DNA of 64,000 nucleotides. It comes from Octopus sinensis (taxonomy: Eukaryota). Below, in pieces: positions 24,776 to 38,832 of this stretch (position 1 is the first letter of the stretch; the number at the start of each line of letters is the position of its first letter). The DNA lies in the NCBI RefSeq assembly GCF_006345805.1, contig NC_043019.1, forward strand, positions 13,267,360 through 13,331,359, read 5' to 3'. The notes beneath the pieces are model-generated. The model was not told the origin of the DNA. It ran no database searches and saw nothing but the letters and a program-made list of their open reading frames with translations. The position numbers and the translations under genes are program-made.

Positions 24776-25419
24776 CTGAATTCTTCTTCTTCCTCCTCCT
24801 CAATTCTTTTTCTTGAATTCTTCTTCTTCTTCTCCCCCCCCCCCCAATAAAATAACCATTACATATTCTTCTTTCCCCCAAATCTTTGCTAAAACTCTTC
24901 CGTCTCTATCACCGACAATAACAACAACAGCAACAGCAACAACAACAGCAAACAAGCGCAACTTTTAATACAAAGTGCAATAATTCCCCTCCAGCTAATT
25001 AGATAGAATTTTTCAAAAATTTCTGAGAATTCACTGTAGATTCCATTCTTTTTTTTATTTTCCCTATTGTAAATTAATTTTTAATTTTTTCTCCTTTTTT
25101 TTTTAAATTTTGTACCTACCCACCCACCCCTTCACACACACCTTTTTTTCTTTTGAAGTCCTTGATTGTTCTTTTATTATCATCATCATCATCATCATTA
25201 TCACATCATCATCATCATCATTATTATTGTTATTACTATTTTTATTATCACCATCAATATTACTGCTATTATTATTATTATCATTATTCTTGTTACCATT
25301 ATTATTATTATCATCATCATTGACATCATCATCATCATCATCATCATTACTTGAATAACTACTGTTATTATCATTATTACCATTACAACCATTGTTATTA
25401 TCACCATCATCGCTACTAC

Positions 25420-25467
<48 letters not shown>

Positions 25468-25624
25468 CATTATTATTACAACTATTATTATCATTATTAT
25501 TATTATCATTATTATTATTATATTATTATTATCATTATTATTATTATTACTATTATATTATTATTATTATTATTATTATATTATTATACTATCATTCTTA
25601 TTATGACTATCATTTTATTATTAC

Positions 25625-25655
<31 letters not shown>

Positions 25656-25809
25656 TTATTATTATTATAGTAGTATTATTATATTATTATATTATTATTA
25701 TTATTAGTAGTATTATTATTATTATCATTATTATTATATTATTATTATCATTATTATTATTATGACTATCATTATTATTATTATTATTATATTATTATTA
25801 TTATGACTA

Positions 25810-25842
<33 letters not shown>
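24490..25842. repeat. (TTC)n tract (24490-24832) and long (ATT)/(ATC)n tract (25170-25842)
   Basis: Seen directly. Confidence 0.9.
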
Positions 25843-25843
<1 letters not shown>

Positions 25844-26107
25844 TTGCTTGCTAGAATGTCTTTTATTTATTCTTTTATTTTTGGTGTCTTCAAATTTTTT
25901 TTTCCATTACTGTTTGTTTTCGTTTTCCTCTTTTTAAAATTTTTTTTGTTTTGTTTTTAAATTTTTCTGCTTTTATTTTATTTTATTTTATATTTTTTTT
26001 ATTTTATTTTATTTTATTTCTATTATTTGAATTATTACATCTGGAACAATCTGCCTCGCGGCTTATTTAATTCAATCAGCCATTCAACATTGCCGCAGTG
26101 CTCCATC

Positions 26108-26140
<33 letters not shown>

Positions 26141-26259
26141 TCCTTTCTCTCTCTCTCTCTCTCTCTCTGCCTGTCTGCCTGTCTATCTCCCTTCCTCTTG
26201 CTTGCTTTCTATATGCACATTTCTTTGTACTCTTTCTCTGAGCCTTTCCCTCTCTCTCT

Positions 26260-26298
<39 letters not shown>

Positions 26299-26323
26299 CA
26301 TATACATATATATATATACATAC

Positions 26324-26360
<37 letters not shown>

Positions 26361-27017
26361 CATATATATATATTTTGTCTCTCTCTCTCTCTCTCTCTGT
26401 CCCCTCCTCACACTGGTCTGTCTTGGCATTGTTTTGTGAATTCAGTATTAATTAATGGCTAAACGACAAGCAGTGCTAGCGAGCTGGTGAAACAAAAGCA
26501 CATGCAGAGATATTGAAATCGCTCAGTGATGGGCAGTCAAAACATTCAGTGCAAACATCCCTCTCATGCAGTTATGTTGCATTAAACACCACAAACAGCA
26601 AAAAAAAAAGGGGGGGAAACGGCCGGCCGCCCTCTCTGTGGCCTATTATTCGAAAGACAAACACAAATTATCGCCTGTAAACTGACTCCCTTGGTCACAC
26701 AGTTAGATATCACAACCCATAAATTGCCGTTCCATCATTGAAGATTGGAGGAGTTGGGGAGAAAAGAGGGGGCAAAAATTTGTTTTATTGTTATTTGTTT
26801 GTGCCATTTATTTGTTTTGTTTGGTTTTAGATGTTTTGTTTCGTTTGTTTGTTTGTTTGTTGTTGTGTTAGAAGATAAAGCATCATTTGTTTCTGTAGCC
26901 AGCCTTTAATGTGTTTTGGACAAAGCCAGCTGGAGTGGGTACCTACTTCATAGATTAGCAGATATATAGATAATGTAGACAGATAGATAGGTATATACAT
27001 ACATACCAGCATATATA

Positions 27018-27048
<31 letters not shown>

Positions 27049-27049
27049 T

Positions 27050-27502
27050 TTGAGCGAGGTCATTGTCAGTTCCGCTGGACTGGCTCCTATGCAGGTGGCA
27101 TGTAAAAAAACACCACCTGAGCATGGCTGTTGCCAGTACTGCCCGACTGGCCCTTGTGCCGATGGCACGTAAAAGCACCCACTACACTCTTGGAGTGGTT
27201 GGCATTAGGAAGGGCATCCAGCTGTAGAAACTCTGCTAGATCAGATTTGAGCCTGGTGCAGCCATCTGGTTCGCCAGTCCTCAGTCAAATCATCCGACCC
27301 ATGCTAGCATGGAAAGCGGACATTAAACAATGATGATGATGATGATATATACATAGATGCAGGCATGGCTGTGTGGTAAGTAGCTTGCTTACCAACTACA
27401 TGGTTCCAGGTTCAGTCCCACTGCATGGCACCTTGGACGAGTGTCTTCTTTAGTTTTGGAGCTATGCAAGCCTTATGAGTGGATTTATTAGACGGAAACT
27501 GA
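27050..27502 (+). mobile_element. Family C copy (27050-27345) followed by a SINE A head (27355-27502)
   Basis: Family-diagnostic blocks as above. Confidence 0.8.
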
Positions 27503-27748
27503 TAGATAAATAGAGAGATAGATAGATATCAATCATCATCATCAACATCATCATCGTTTAGCATCCGCTTTCCATGCTAGCATGGGTTGGACAGCCAATC
27601 AATCAGTCAATCAATCAGTCAGAAAGGCATATCAGCAAATTTCTCCAGCAACAATGATATATTTCAGAACACAGTTGTATCAACAACAACAACAACACCG
27701 TCAACATTGCACAGTTTCCATTATTCCTGTGTCAGGTAATCCAAGTGT

Positions 27749-27848
<100 letters not shown>

Positions 27849-28249
27849 TCTCAATGTGTTATTTAACTCTTAAAAGTCCGCAGCTGCTGACAGCTCTGGC
27901 ATAAACCGATACATGGAAGAATTTTCTGACAGCAAATTCCTTGTCAGTGAATTAACCATTTGAAGAATGGTGCCGTTTGCTGGTCCTGCTGGTGGTGTTG
28001 GCAGGTTTAAGATATAAAGTCTTGAGAAGTAAATTAATATTACATTGTTAATGAGTTTGTGAACTTCGTTTGAAACGACAAACCCACACTGGCTGCTGAA
28101 AGTCTACCTGTATCTTAACTAGAATTTAACGACGAAAGATACGTTATGTGGTTGCTTTTTTTTTTTTTTTTACCTTGTCGAAATCTCATTAGTTAACTAA
28201 TTGATTAAATTAGTTTACAACAGCTGAACTGTCGTTATCATTGTCAGCG

Positions 28250-28521
28250 TCATGAACATTTTCATCATCATCATCGTCAGGAAAATTTTCTTCATCACCA
28301 TCATCATCATCACGAACATTTTGATCATCATCATCATCATCAGGAGCATTTTCTTCTTCATCACTGCCACCATCATCATCTTCATATTCATCATCATCAT
28401 CAGGAACATTTTCATCATCATCATCTTCAGGAACATTTTCTTCTTCATCACCATCATCATCATCATCATCATGAACATTTTCATCATCATCATCTTCAGG
28501 AACATTTTCTTCTTCATCACT

Positions 28522-28552
<31 letters not shown>

Positions 28553-28690
28553 GGAACATTTTCTTCTTCTTCATGATCATCAGAAACGTTTTCATCATCA
28601 TTGTCATCATCTCTATCATTTTTGCTGTCATTGTCAATATCCCTATCATCATCATCATAATCATTGTCATCATCATCATCATCATCATAA
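28250..28690. repeat. (CAT)n-derived minisatellite with recurrent gaacattttc(ttc)ttcatca units
   Basis: Contiguous with the (GAT)n tail of a minus-strand retroposon at 28690-28910. Confidence 0.9.
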
Positions 28691-28914
28691 TTTCTACCAT
28701 GCTTGCATGGGTCAGACAAAGCTTTTAAAGGCACATTTTCTACGACTGGATGCCTTCCTTGTCACCAACCCTCACCCGTTTCCAAATAAGGTAATATTTT
28801 CCCCATGGCCAGACACATTTCCACTGAATGCTAAAAACGAATGACACTGCATCTATGACAGTGGCACTCGTTTACAACTGTCATGTGATCCCAAGACAAA
28901 GAAGCTCAAATGTA

Positions 28915-29472
28915 TTGGGTTGTCCAGAAAGTTCATGCCAATTTATAGTAGCTTACCTTTCGACTTATTTTAGAATATGGTTGAATCCATAAAATAGGAT
29001 TTGACTACACCTCCATTTAGAGCACAGTTTAAGCTAACTTTTCGTGGAAGAAGATTTATGTTCCTATAACCTGTGTTAATTCTGTAACCCTTTAAAATAG
29101 AAAGTTCATTTTCGGCACTTGATGCTTTGGGAACCAGACAAAAATTGCTGCAGCTTGGCTGGGATGTGTTACCCCACCCTCCATATTCACCAGATATTGC
29201 CCCTTCGGATTTCCACTTATTCAGGTCTCTGCAGAATAGTCTTAATGGTAAAAATTTCAATTCCTTGGATGATGTAAAAAGATACCTTGATGAAGTCTTT
29301 GCCATGAAACCACCTCAATTGTGGGAAGAGGGTATTTTCAAGTTAAAGGAAAGATGGAGACGCATTGTGCAACAAAATGGTTCATATTTGGTTGATTAAA
29401 ACTGTAATGGCTAGTATTTATTGAGCTTTTTCCTTCCTTTAAAAATCGGCACAAACTTTCCGGACAACCCAA
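28915..29472 (+). mobile_element. Internally deleted mariner DNA transposon (558 bp)
   Basis: About 30-bp TIRs ttgggttgtccagaaagttcatgccaattt / aaatcggcacaaactttccggacaacccaa; TA duplication at 28913-14 and 29473-74. Confidence 0.93.
29101..29399 (+). pseudogene. Mariner (DD34D) transposase remnant
   Basis: N-terminal KVHFRHLMLWE joined out of frame to C-terminal TRQKLLQLGWDVLPHPPYSPDIAPSDFHLFRSLQNSL...ERWRRIVQQNGSYLVD* (YSPDLAPSD-type signature). Confidence 0.92.
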
Positions 29473-29689
29473 TACAATAACATTTAGTCACACACACATA
29501 AATAAAGGCACAAATACACACTCACAAACACACACACAACAAACACAGATATCAACAGGTACATACCCACATGACCCCAAACATACAAACCTTCACACAT
29601 GCATTCCAACACATACATATTCACACTCACACACACACATCACAGACACATACAGAAACAAGTACACACACACAAACAAATATATATAT

Positions 29690-29887
29690 CAGTGCTTTTC
29701 AACCTTTTTGCTGGAGCGGAACCCCAAGGAAACATTCCACTGGCTCGAGGCACCCCTGTGCAATAATTTAATAGTCTTATGCACACATATCTGCACAGGA
29801 GAATTAAAAATTACTGCCAATTTTAGCAGTTTTGTAACTTCTTGAGGAACCCCTGGGCTGTACTGGTGGAACCCTGGTTGAAAACCA

Positions 29888-29890
<3 letters not shown>
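29690..29890. mobile_element. hAT (Charlie-type) MITE, 201 bp
   Basis: TIRs cagtgcttttcaacc / ggttgaaaaccactg (14/15 match); identical 8-bp flanks atatatat. Confidence 0.85.
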
Positions 29891-29955
<65 letters not shown>

Positions 29956-31014
29956 AACATACATACCATGTACCCACAGACACATTACACGCACACATAC
30001 ACATGCTAAAACATACACACACAGACACACCCGTTGCATACACAAACGAAAAAAAAAATGAACACAAACACACGTACAACATACCAAAAAAAAAACAACC
30101 AACTAGTTAGTTAAATAAAATCGATTTCATATCTATTTCCTGTGTATATTTTTTTCCTTTGATTCTCAACGACTCCCTCTAATTCTAGCTTTTTTTCTTC
30201 TCTTTTCCACGCTGTTAACATTTGTTAGGTGACAGCCTTAACTTCACAAACACTAACTTCATTTCGTTTCCAACGCAAAAGGTAGATAGATAGATAAACA
30301 AAGAGGGCGGAGGGGGAGAGAAAGAGAGAGAGAAGATAGAGAGAGAGCGGGGACGAGGCTGGCATTTTAGAAAATTATAGCCGACCAAATTTACAGCGTA
30401 TTCAATCGTACCGGGAAAATTAATTAGATACAAAACGAAGTAAAGTTTTGTACTTAAATAAATATTATTTCATCTAGGTGCAATCTTTGTTTTATTTCAA
30501 TCGCTCCATCTGAGGGTGTAATTGTTTGCGGTTGTATTGTTCTGCCAACCCCACCTCTCTTTCTCTCTCTCTCTTACGCCCCTTCTCTCTGTCTCTCTTT
30601 TCCCTCTTTTCTCTCTCCTCTTTCTCCCATCCTCTTCTTTCTTTCTCTGTCTCCCTCTCACTTTCTGTGTCTGTTCCCCTCTCTCTTTCTCTCCCTCTTT
30701 TTCTCTGTTATTCTTTCTCTCTCTCTCTTTCCTCCTCTCTCTCTCTTTCTTTCTTTTTCTCTGTTGTTCTTTCTCCTTTCTCTCTCTCTCTCTCTCACAC
30801 TCACCCTTTTCTTACTTTTCACATCTTCCATTCTGCTTGGAAGGTTTCCATTGGTGCTGTTTGCAACAAATCCTGTCTTTGGAAGGAAGTGGGGACAAAT
30901 ATAAGGAGAAAACATGTTGGTGAAGGGGGGGTAAGAATTCAGGAAAATAATAAAAATAATAAAAAATTTAAAGAATTTTCAAATGGGAAAAAGAAAACAG
31001 AAATAATGTTTTGT

Positions 31015-31452
31015 TTTTTCTTTCAATTAATTTTAAATATAACAAAGAATTTAGTAAAATAACTCAGTTATCATTCAGCTAGTGTTAGGAACATAAATTG
31101 TAACTAAGGTTTGGTGGAAGATTTTAATTCAAGGTTTATGGAAACAAGACATTTGTACTACAGAGCCAGAGGTGGTTTCAGCTGGGTTGGTATCAAAAGG
31201 GTTAAAAATATCATGGTGACTTTAACCCTTTTGTTACCTTATTTCTGTTGAGATGCTCTGTGTGTTTTTTCTATTAATTTTAAATATAACAAAGAATTTA
31301 GTAAAATAACTTAGTTATCATTCAGCTAGTGTTAGGAACATTAATTGTGACTAAGGTTTGGTGGAAGATTTTAATTCAAGGTTTATGGAAACAAGACATT
31401 TGTACTACAGAGCCAGAGGTGGTTTCTGGCAGGTTGGTATCCAAAGGGTTAA
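31015..31452 (+). mobile_element. MITE F: partial copy (31015-31205) and complete copy (31222-31452)
   Basis: ttaacccttttgttacc...ggtatccaaagggttaa (TTAA + CCC/GGG termini); the two copies are nearly identical. Confidence 0.85.
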
Positions 31453-31884
31453 AAAAGAAGAATGGGGTCAATGAGGAATCCAGGAATGTTTGTTGATCAT
31501 AGACCTGCTCTGTCAGCTCTGACCTGGGGCTAAAACAACAGAAAGCTTTTTTGTAAATGCTAAACCATCTTGGTAAGAAATTCCTTTCGCAGATGTTGGT
31601 TAATGTTCCATGACGGAAGCAGATCAACACCACCATCGACATCACCACCGCTACCATTACCAGCAACGCCACCATCAATACCACCTCTACCTTCGCGACT
31701 ATAACAACAGTACCACCACAATTTTCCACCTTCACGAACACCATGATCAGTCCCACAACAAATATTACCACCACCACTACAACGAACACTGCCACCAATA
31801 CCATCATCGACACCACCATTGTCACTATCCCCACAACTACCTCCATCACTACCACGAACCCCGCAACCACCACAGCCACCACCA

Positions 31885-32306
31885 ATACCTATTTCTTTAC
31901 TACACACAAGGGGCTAAATATAGAGTGGACAAACAAGGACAGACAAACGGATTAAGTCGATTACATCGACCCCAGTGCGTAACTGGTACTTATTTAATCG
32001 ACCCCGAAGGGATGAAAGGCAAAGTCAACCTCGGCAGAATTTGAACTCAGAACGTAACAACTGATGAAACACCTATTTCTTTACTACCCACAAGGGGTTA
32101 AACACAGAGGGGACAAACAAGGATAGACACACGGATTAAGTCGATTACATCGACCCCAGAGCATAACTGGTACTTATTTAATTGACCCCGAAGGGATGAA
32201 AGGCAAAGTCGAGCTCGGCGGAATTTGAACTCCGAACGTATGGCAGACGAAATACCACTAAGCATCTCGCCCGGTGTACAAACGATTCCGCCAGCTCGCT
32301 GCCTTA
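31885..32306 (-). mobile_element. SINE B dimer
   Basis: Two copies of the 3' two-thirds with one tRNA-like head at about 32245-32306. Confidence 0.9.
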
Positions 32307-34149
32307 ATACCATCACCAATACTACCACCACCACCACCGCCAGCTGACATCGTCACTACAGCCGCTGCCAACAACCTCACAATCCTTCAGCGCCACCAAA
32401 CACCAACATTTGCATCAGACTCTGTTTTTATCTATTTATTTATTCATTTATTTATTTATTTCTACAAAATTCATTTTATATACACACACCCCGCTCTCCC
32501 TCTCGCACACACCCCCACACACCATTTCCCCCTCCTCCCGCCGCCGTTCTTTCGCATTAGTCAACATAAAATGTGCCACTGTTGTGTTTTTTCATCCACA
32601 AAGAAATCTTTGATGTAGGCATGTAAAATTTTCACTCCCTCCCTCCCCCTCTCTCTCTCTCTTTCTCTCCCTCTCTATCTATCTATCTCTCTCTTTTTGT
32701 CTTGTCTTATTCTTTGTGTTCTTCTCCACCTGGATTCTACATGCCAGCAATATTACCATTCCTTTGTAGTAAACAGCATGTTGACAACAACTTCAGCACC
32801 AACACTAACAATTTCTTCAATTTTCTTTTTACTAGAGTTACTTCTTTCTTTATTTTTTGTCTATATCTTATATATATATATATATTATACACATTTATAT
32901 ATATATATATACATATATTTCTGTATATGTTTCTGTATATTTTTTATATGGTTTTTTTTTTGTATATTCTTGTCGCTGTCTTGTATATGATGGTTGCTAT
33001 ATTTTTTTAAACTTTATTTTGCAAAATTACCACTTGTTTGTTAAGGAGTATAATGGTGGGCCCTAGCAGGAAGCTTTGCGTTCCTTCATTTCATCTGCGA
33101 GTCTTTTAGAACCCACAGAAGGTATAGAAAAGGGGTCATTATCCCTAATAATAATAATAATAATAATAATGAGAATCTTTTTCTCTGTGTCCAAGTGTTG
33201 TGTTAAACCTGATGTTATTCCGTCATTGGAATATTGCAAAGATGGTTGATGTTGTAAACAGAAATAAATCGAAGGATAAAGAAGTGAAAAAGAGACTTTT
33301 TAAACATGAAAAGGAAGATCACACTGTTTTGTACATATATATATGCGCGCGTGTGTGTGTGTGTGCTTGTAGGTGTATGTATGTATATATATGTGTGTGT
33401 GTGTATATGTTTGTATGTGTGCGTGTAGGTATATGTATGTATATATATATGTGTGTGTGAGTGTGTGGCTATATATACACATATATATATATGTACTTGT
33501 GTGTATATATAGATATGTATATATGTGTGTGTGTGTATATATATATATATATTTGTACACACACATATATTTATGTGTATATGTATGGATGTATATGTAT
33601 GTATATATACTTCTATGTATGTGAGTGTGTATATATATTTATATATATATGCACACACATGTATTTATGTGTGCATGGATGTATGCATACACATGTGGAT
33701 GTATATGTATGTATGTATGTATATTTCTATGTATGTACATATGTATGTGTGTGTGTGTGTGTATGTATGTATATATATATATATATGTACACACACATGT
33801 ATTTATGCATATATGTATGTATGCAGACACATATGCATGTATATGTACGTATGTATATTTCTATGTGTGTACATATGTGTGTGTGTGTGTGTATCTCAGT
33901 TCTGTCTTTCTCGACATTTAGCTTTCTCTGCACATGAATGTACTTACAGACACACACACAATGTTCCCCCATGACTAATGCTCCATGGCAAAAGAGTGTG
34001 CGAACATGTATGTGTGTGTGTGTGCGTGTGTTTGTAAGAGGGTGTTTCTTGATTCAAAAATTTTGTGCAGGTGACATCGTTATGGCAGTAGTTTCTGAAA
34101 TCAAATACAGAAGACAAGATGGTAAAAGAGACATCTCTAGACACTGCCA

Positions 34150-34820
34150 GCATCACCACCTGAGCCACCATTAACCTTATCACCATCATCACCATCACTA
34201 CAATCACCACCGCCAGTACTACTAACATTATCAACACCAACTTCACCACTACCATCAATACTACCACCGTCAACACCACCACCATCAACACACAACCACC
34301 AAAACCACCACCAACATCGACACCACCAACAACACCACCACCACCACCACCACCAATACCACCACCTACACTATAACCACCACCATCAACACTATAACCT
34401 CCACCACCAACACTACCACCATCATCAACACCACCACCAACATCAACACCAAACCACCAAAACCACCACCAAAACCACCACCAATATCAACACCACCACC
34501 ACCACCACCAATATCACCACCACCAATAACACCAATACCACCACCACCAACACCACCACCATCAACATCAACACCACCACCTCCACCACTTACACTACCA
34601 CCCTCATCAACACCACCACCAACATCAACACCAAACCACCAAAACCACCACCAATATCAACACCACCGCCACCACCACCACCAATACCACCAATATCACC
34701 ACCACCAATAACACCAATACCACCACCACCAACACACCATCAACATCAACACCACCACCTCCACCACTAACACTACCACCTTCATCAACACCACCACCAC
34801 CATCACCACCAACATCACCA
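34150..34820. repeat. (ACC)/(AAC)n trinucleotide mosaic
   Basis: Seen directly. Confidence 0.95.
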
Positions 34821-35184
34821 TGGTATCTACCTTTATTCGGTGCAAAATATGAAAACTAGTATCAGGGGAAGACCTGGCTTTTTGTATTGAAATGTATTTA
34901 AAACTTTGCAGTTGTTAAGAATGGTTGCCAAAAGGGAGAAGAGAAGAGATGGGAGCCAAAAATTGTTTTGGGTTTTTTTTCAAAGCTAAGATCAAGGTGT
35001 GCGTGTGCATATGCATATGAATCTGTGTGCGTATGTGTGTGTGTGTGTTATCCTAAAGGAGGATTACCAGTCAGATGGGTGTTGGCTCTCTTAGATAACG
35101 GCTCTCTGTTGATGTTGCGAACTTGTGGGAGGATGCTATCGTAATGCTGTTTTCTGATAAAGATTTCTTTTAGCACCACCACCA

Positions 35185-35660
35185 ATAATAATAATGATAA
35201 TAATAATAATAATGATAATAATAATGATGATGATGATGATGATGATGATAATGATGATGATGATGATAATGATGATGATGATGATGATGATGATAATAAT
35301 AATGATGATAATAATAATGATGATGATGATGATGATGATGATAATGATGATGATAATAATAATGATGATGATGATAATAATAATGATGATAATAATAATG
35401 ATGATAATAATAATGATGATGATGATAATAATAATAATAATAATGATAATAATAATGATGATGATGATAATAATAACAATAATAATATTAATAATAATAA
35501 TAATAATAATAACAACAATAATAATAATGATGATAATAATAATAATAATAACAATAATAATAATAATAACAATAATAATAATACACTACCACCATAATAC
35601 TACTACTACTACTACTACTACATATACCACCACCACCACAATTATTACTACTACTATTAA
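35185..35660. repeat. (AAT)/(GAT)n microsatellite
   Basis: Seen directly. Confidence 0.95.
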
Positions 35661-36198
35661 TATTACTATTGCTGCTACCATCACTAGCTGTTTCATCGTT
35701 TTCTTCAGTTCTCCTCTTCCACCCCTTCCACCAGCTTCCCCCTTTTTCCTCAGGGGCATCTCATTCCAGACCCAACATTAGGAGTGTTTTACTGCCAAAG
35801 TCTATGTAAAACATTCAAGGAGATTCAAAAGATGTTAATTATTCTCATTGTTTTTGCCATTCACTTTCTGAATGGATTAAAATTGAATGTATTTTTTTCC
35901 CCCGATCAATATCCAACATGCTCCAGCATGGCTGAAGTCCAGTAACCAAAACAAATAACAAAATAAAAGATCGCATATATTAAATGCAAGAGCATGCAAT
36001 TGTGACTGCAGTCCAGTGACTGAAACAAGTAACCAAGTACGTGTGTGTGTGTATATATATTAGGCCGAAACTGTAATGATGATTGGAGGCTTGACTGATA
36101 AATACAAAGCCACAAATGTTCTGTCCCGATTTTCCTGTCTGTCTTTGTATTGTCCATCTGTGTGTATGGTTTCATTGTCATCTGTTACATTCTTGTTC

Positions 36199-36248
<50 letters not shown>

Positions 36249-36860
36249 GTATGTGTACGTACACATAAATACAGGGATGTTTGTGCAAACAGGAAAAATA
36301 GAACTCAAAGTGTGTGTTTGTGTGTATCATTTTATCATTTTTCATTTTATCTAGTTTCAGCTCACAAGCTGTGGCCATGCTGGGGCACCGCCATTAAATA
36401 TATATGTATATACACACATACATATATATGATATATTCTCACAAATATATATGTATATGAGTGTGTATTATATGTATGGTTTTGTGTGTGTGAGATCAAA
36501 CATGAGACATTATATTAGTTTAATCTTTTTATTTTTATGAAAGACATTTTTGTTTGTTTTTTTTCTTTTTGACATATCTTTCTGAGTTCTTTGCCATTAA
36601 TTTTAGGAATGGCTCTGATTCTAGGTTCATCAATGGCCCTACAATATGCCACAGTCTCTAAAGGTAAAGCTCAAGTTGTCTGTGGCTTTTTTATTTTTTT
36701 CATCTACGCCATTCTTGGAAGAGAAGCTGTTTTATGTCAAACACTTACACATACATACACACATGCGTGCACACACACACACGCACGCACGCATGCACAT
36801 GTATCTAAGTACACAAACAGGTACATTTATATAAGTACACACACACAACATGCATATATA

Positions 36861-37380
36861 TATATCAGCATATGTTAAGTGATTATATATATATATGTAC
36901 ACACACATAAATACATATATATACACATACATATATAAGTATATATAGATATATACACATACGTAGAAACGTATACATACATACATTACATATATATACA
37001 TAGATACATGCACACACACACACACATATATATATATATCAGCATATGTTAAGTGATTATATATATATATGTACACACACATAAATACATATATATACAC
37101 ATACATATATAAGTATATATAGATATATACACATACGTAGAAACGTATACATACATACATTACATATATATACATAGATACATGCACACACACACACACA
37201 TATATATATATATCAGCATATGTTAAGTGATTATATATATATATGTACACACACATAAATACATATATATACACATACATATATAAGTATATAGATATAT
37301 ACACATACGTAGAAACGTATACATACATACATTACATATATATACATAGATACATGCACACACACACATATATATATATA
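36861..37380. repeat. 174-bp tandem repeat x3 built from a microsatellite mosaic
   Basis: cagcatatgttaagtgatt at 36866, 37040, 37214. Confidence 0.95.
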
Positions 37381-37605
37381 CTCACACATACATACACAAA
37401 TATACACACATATACACATAACATCTCTGTATATTTTTTATGGCTGAGATTGGACTTCCTCATCGTTGTCATCCTCATCATCATCATCATTTATGTGTGT
37501 TATTCTTTTTTTCTCTTGGCGAGACGGTGTGAGGGAGGTTTCCATGGCAGCTAGGTAGATCTGTCTACCCCCGTTAACAGGGACAAAACCCGGATTTAGA
37601 ACAGT

Positions 37606-37639
<34 letters not shown>

Positions 37640-37661
37640 ATTTGTATATGTGCATGTATAT

Positions 37662-38130
37662 AGGTGCAGGCATCGTGGCTATATGGTATAATGCTTGCTT
37701 CCCAACCCCATGGTCCCATGTTCAGTCCTGCTGCATGGCACCTTGTGCCAGTGTCTTTTGTTGTAGCCTCAAGCCAAGGAAATCCTTATAAGGGCATTTG
37801 TTAAATAGATGGAAACTGAAGGAAGCTTATTGTGTGTATGTATGTATGAGTGTGTGTGTGTTTGTCCCCCAGCAATGCTTGACAGCTGATATTGGTATGG
37901 TTGTGTCCTGGTGACTTCAAAGTTCAGCAAAAGAGACTGATAGAATAAGTAAAAAAAATAATAACAACAAGTACTGGGATCTGCGTAACTTAGCAGTTCA
38001 GCAAATGAGGTCGATAGAATAAGTATCAGGGATGAAAAAAGAAAAGGATTTCTACTGGGGTCAATTCATTTCACTAAAAATTCTTCAAGATGGTGCCCCA
38101 GCATGGCCACATTGTAATAACTGAAAGAAG
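37662..38130 (+). mobile_element. Diverged SINE A with an internal duplication
   Basis: Head ggtgcaggcatcgtggct...gttcagtcct; tail ggtgccccagcatggccac; gttcagcaaa..gatagaataagta occurs twice. Confidence 0.75.
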
Positions 38131-38174
38131 TATTTTACTAGATTAGTAGTTTTGTAGACTATTGTCGTGATCTT

Positions 38175-38678
38175 CATCAGTCATCATCATCATCATTTTC
38201 ATTGTCTTTATCATCATCATCATCGTCATCATCATCATTGACATAATTATCATCATCATCATCGTCATCATCATCATTGACATAATTATCATCATCATCA
38301 TCGTCATCATCATTAACAATCATCATCATCATCATTTTCATTGTCTTCATCATCATCGTCATCATCATTGACATAATCATCATCATTATTGTCTCCATCA
38401 TCATCATCATCGTCGTCGTCATCATCATTGACATAATCATCGTCTTCATCATCGTCATCATCATCGCCGTCATTATCATTGACATAATCATCATCATCAT
38501 CATCATCATGATCCTCATCATTTTCATTGTCTTCATCATCATCATCATCATCATTGACATAATCATCATCATCATCATCCTCATCATTTTCTTCATCGTC
38601 GTCGTCTTCATCATCATTGACATAATCATCATCATCATCATTGTCATCATCATCATCGCCATCATCATCATCGTCTTC

Positions 38679-38709
<31 letters not shown>

Positions 38710-38716
38710 TCATCAC
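38175..38716. repeat. (CAT)n minisatellite with a recurring attgacataat motif
   Basis: Seen directly. Confidence 0.9.
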
Positions 38717-38797
38717 TATCTCAAATTCATGATTGCACTTATGCTTGTCTTAAGAATATAATATTAAATGTGGAAAAAAAATGTAACAAAAACAAAA

Positions 38798-38832
<35 letters not shown>

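Noticed and set aside
28250-28690. CRISPR-like repeat/spacer appearance (also the family C cassettes)
   Set aside because: The spacers are (CAT)n or homologous to each other, the context is eukaryotic, and there are no cas genes.
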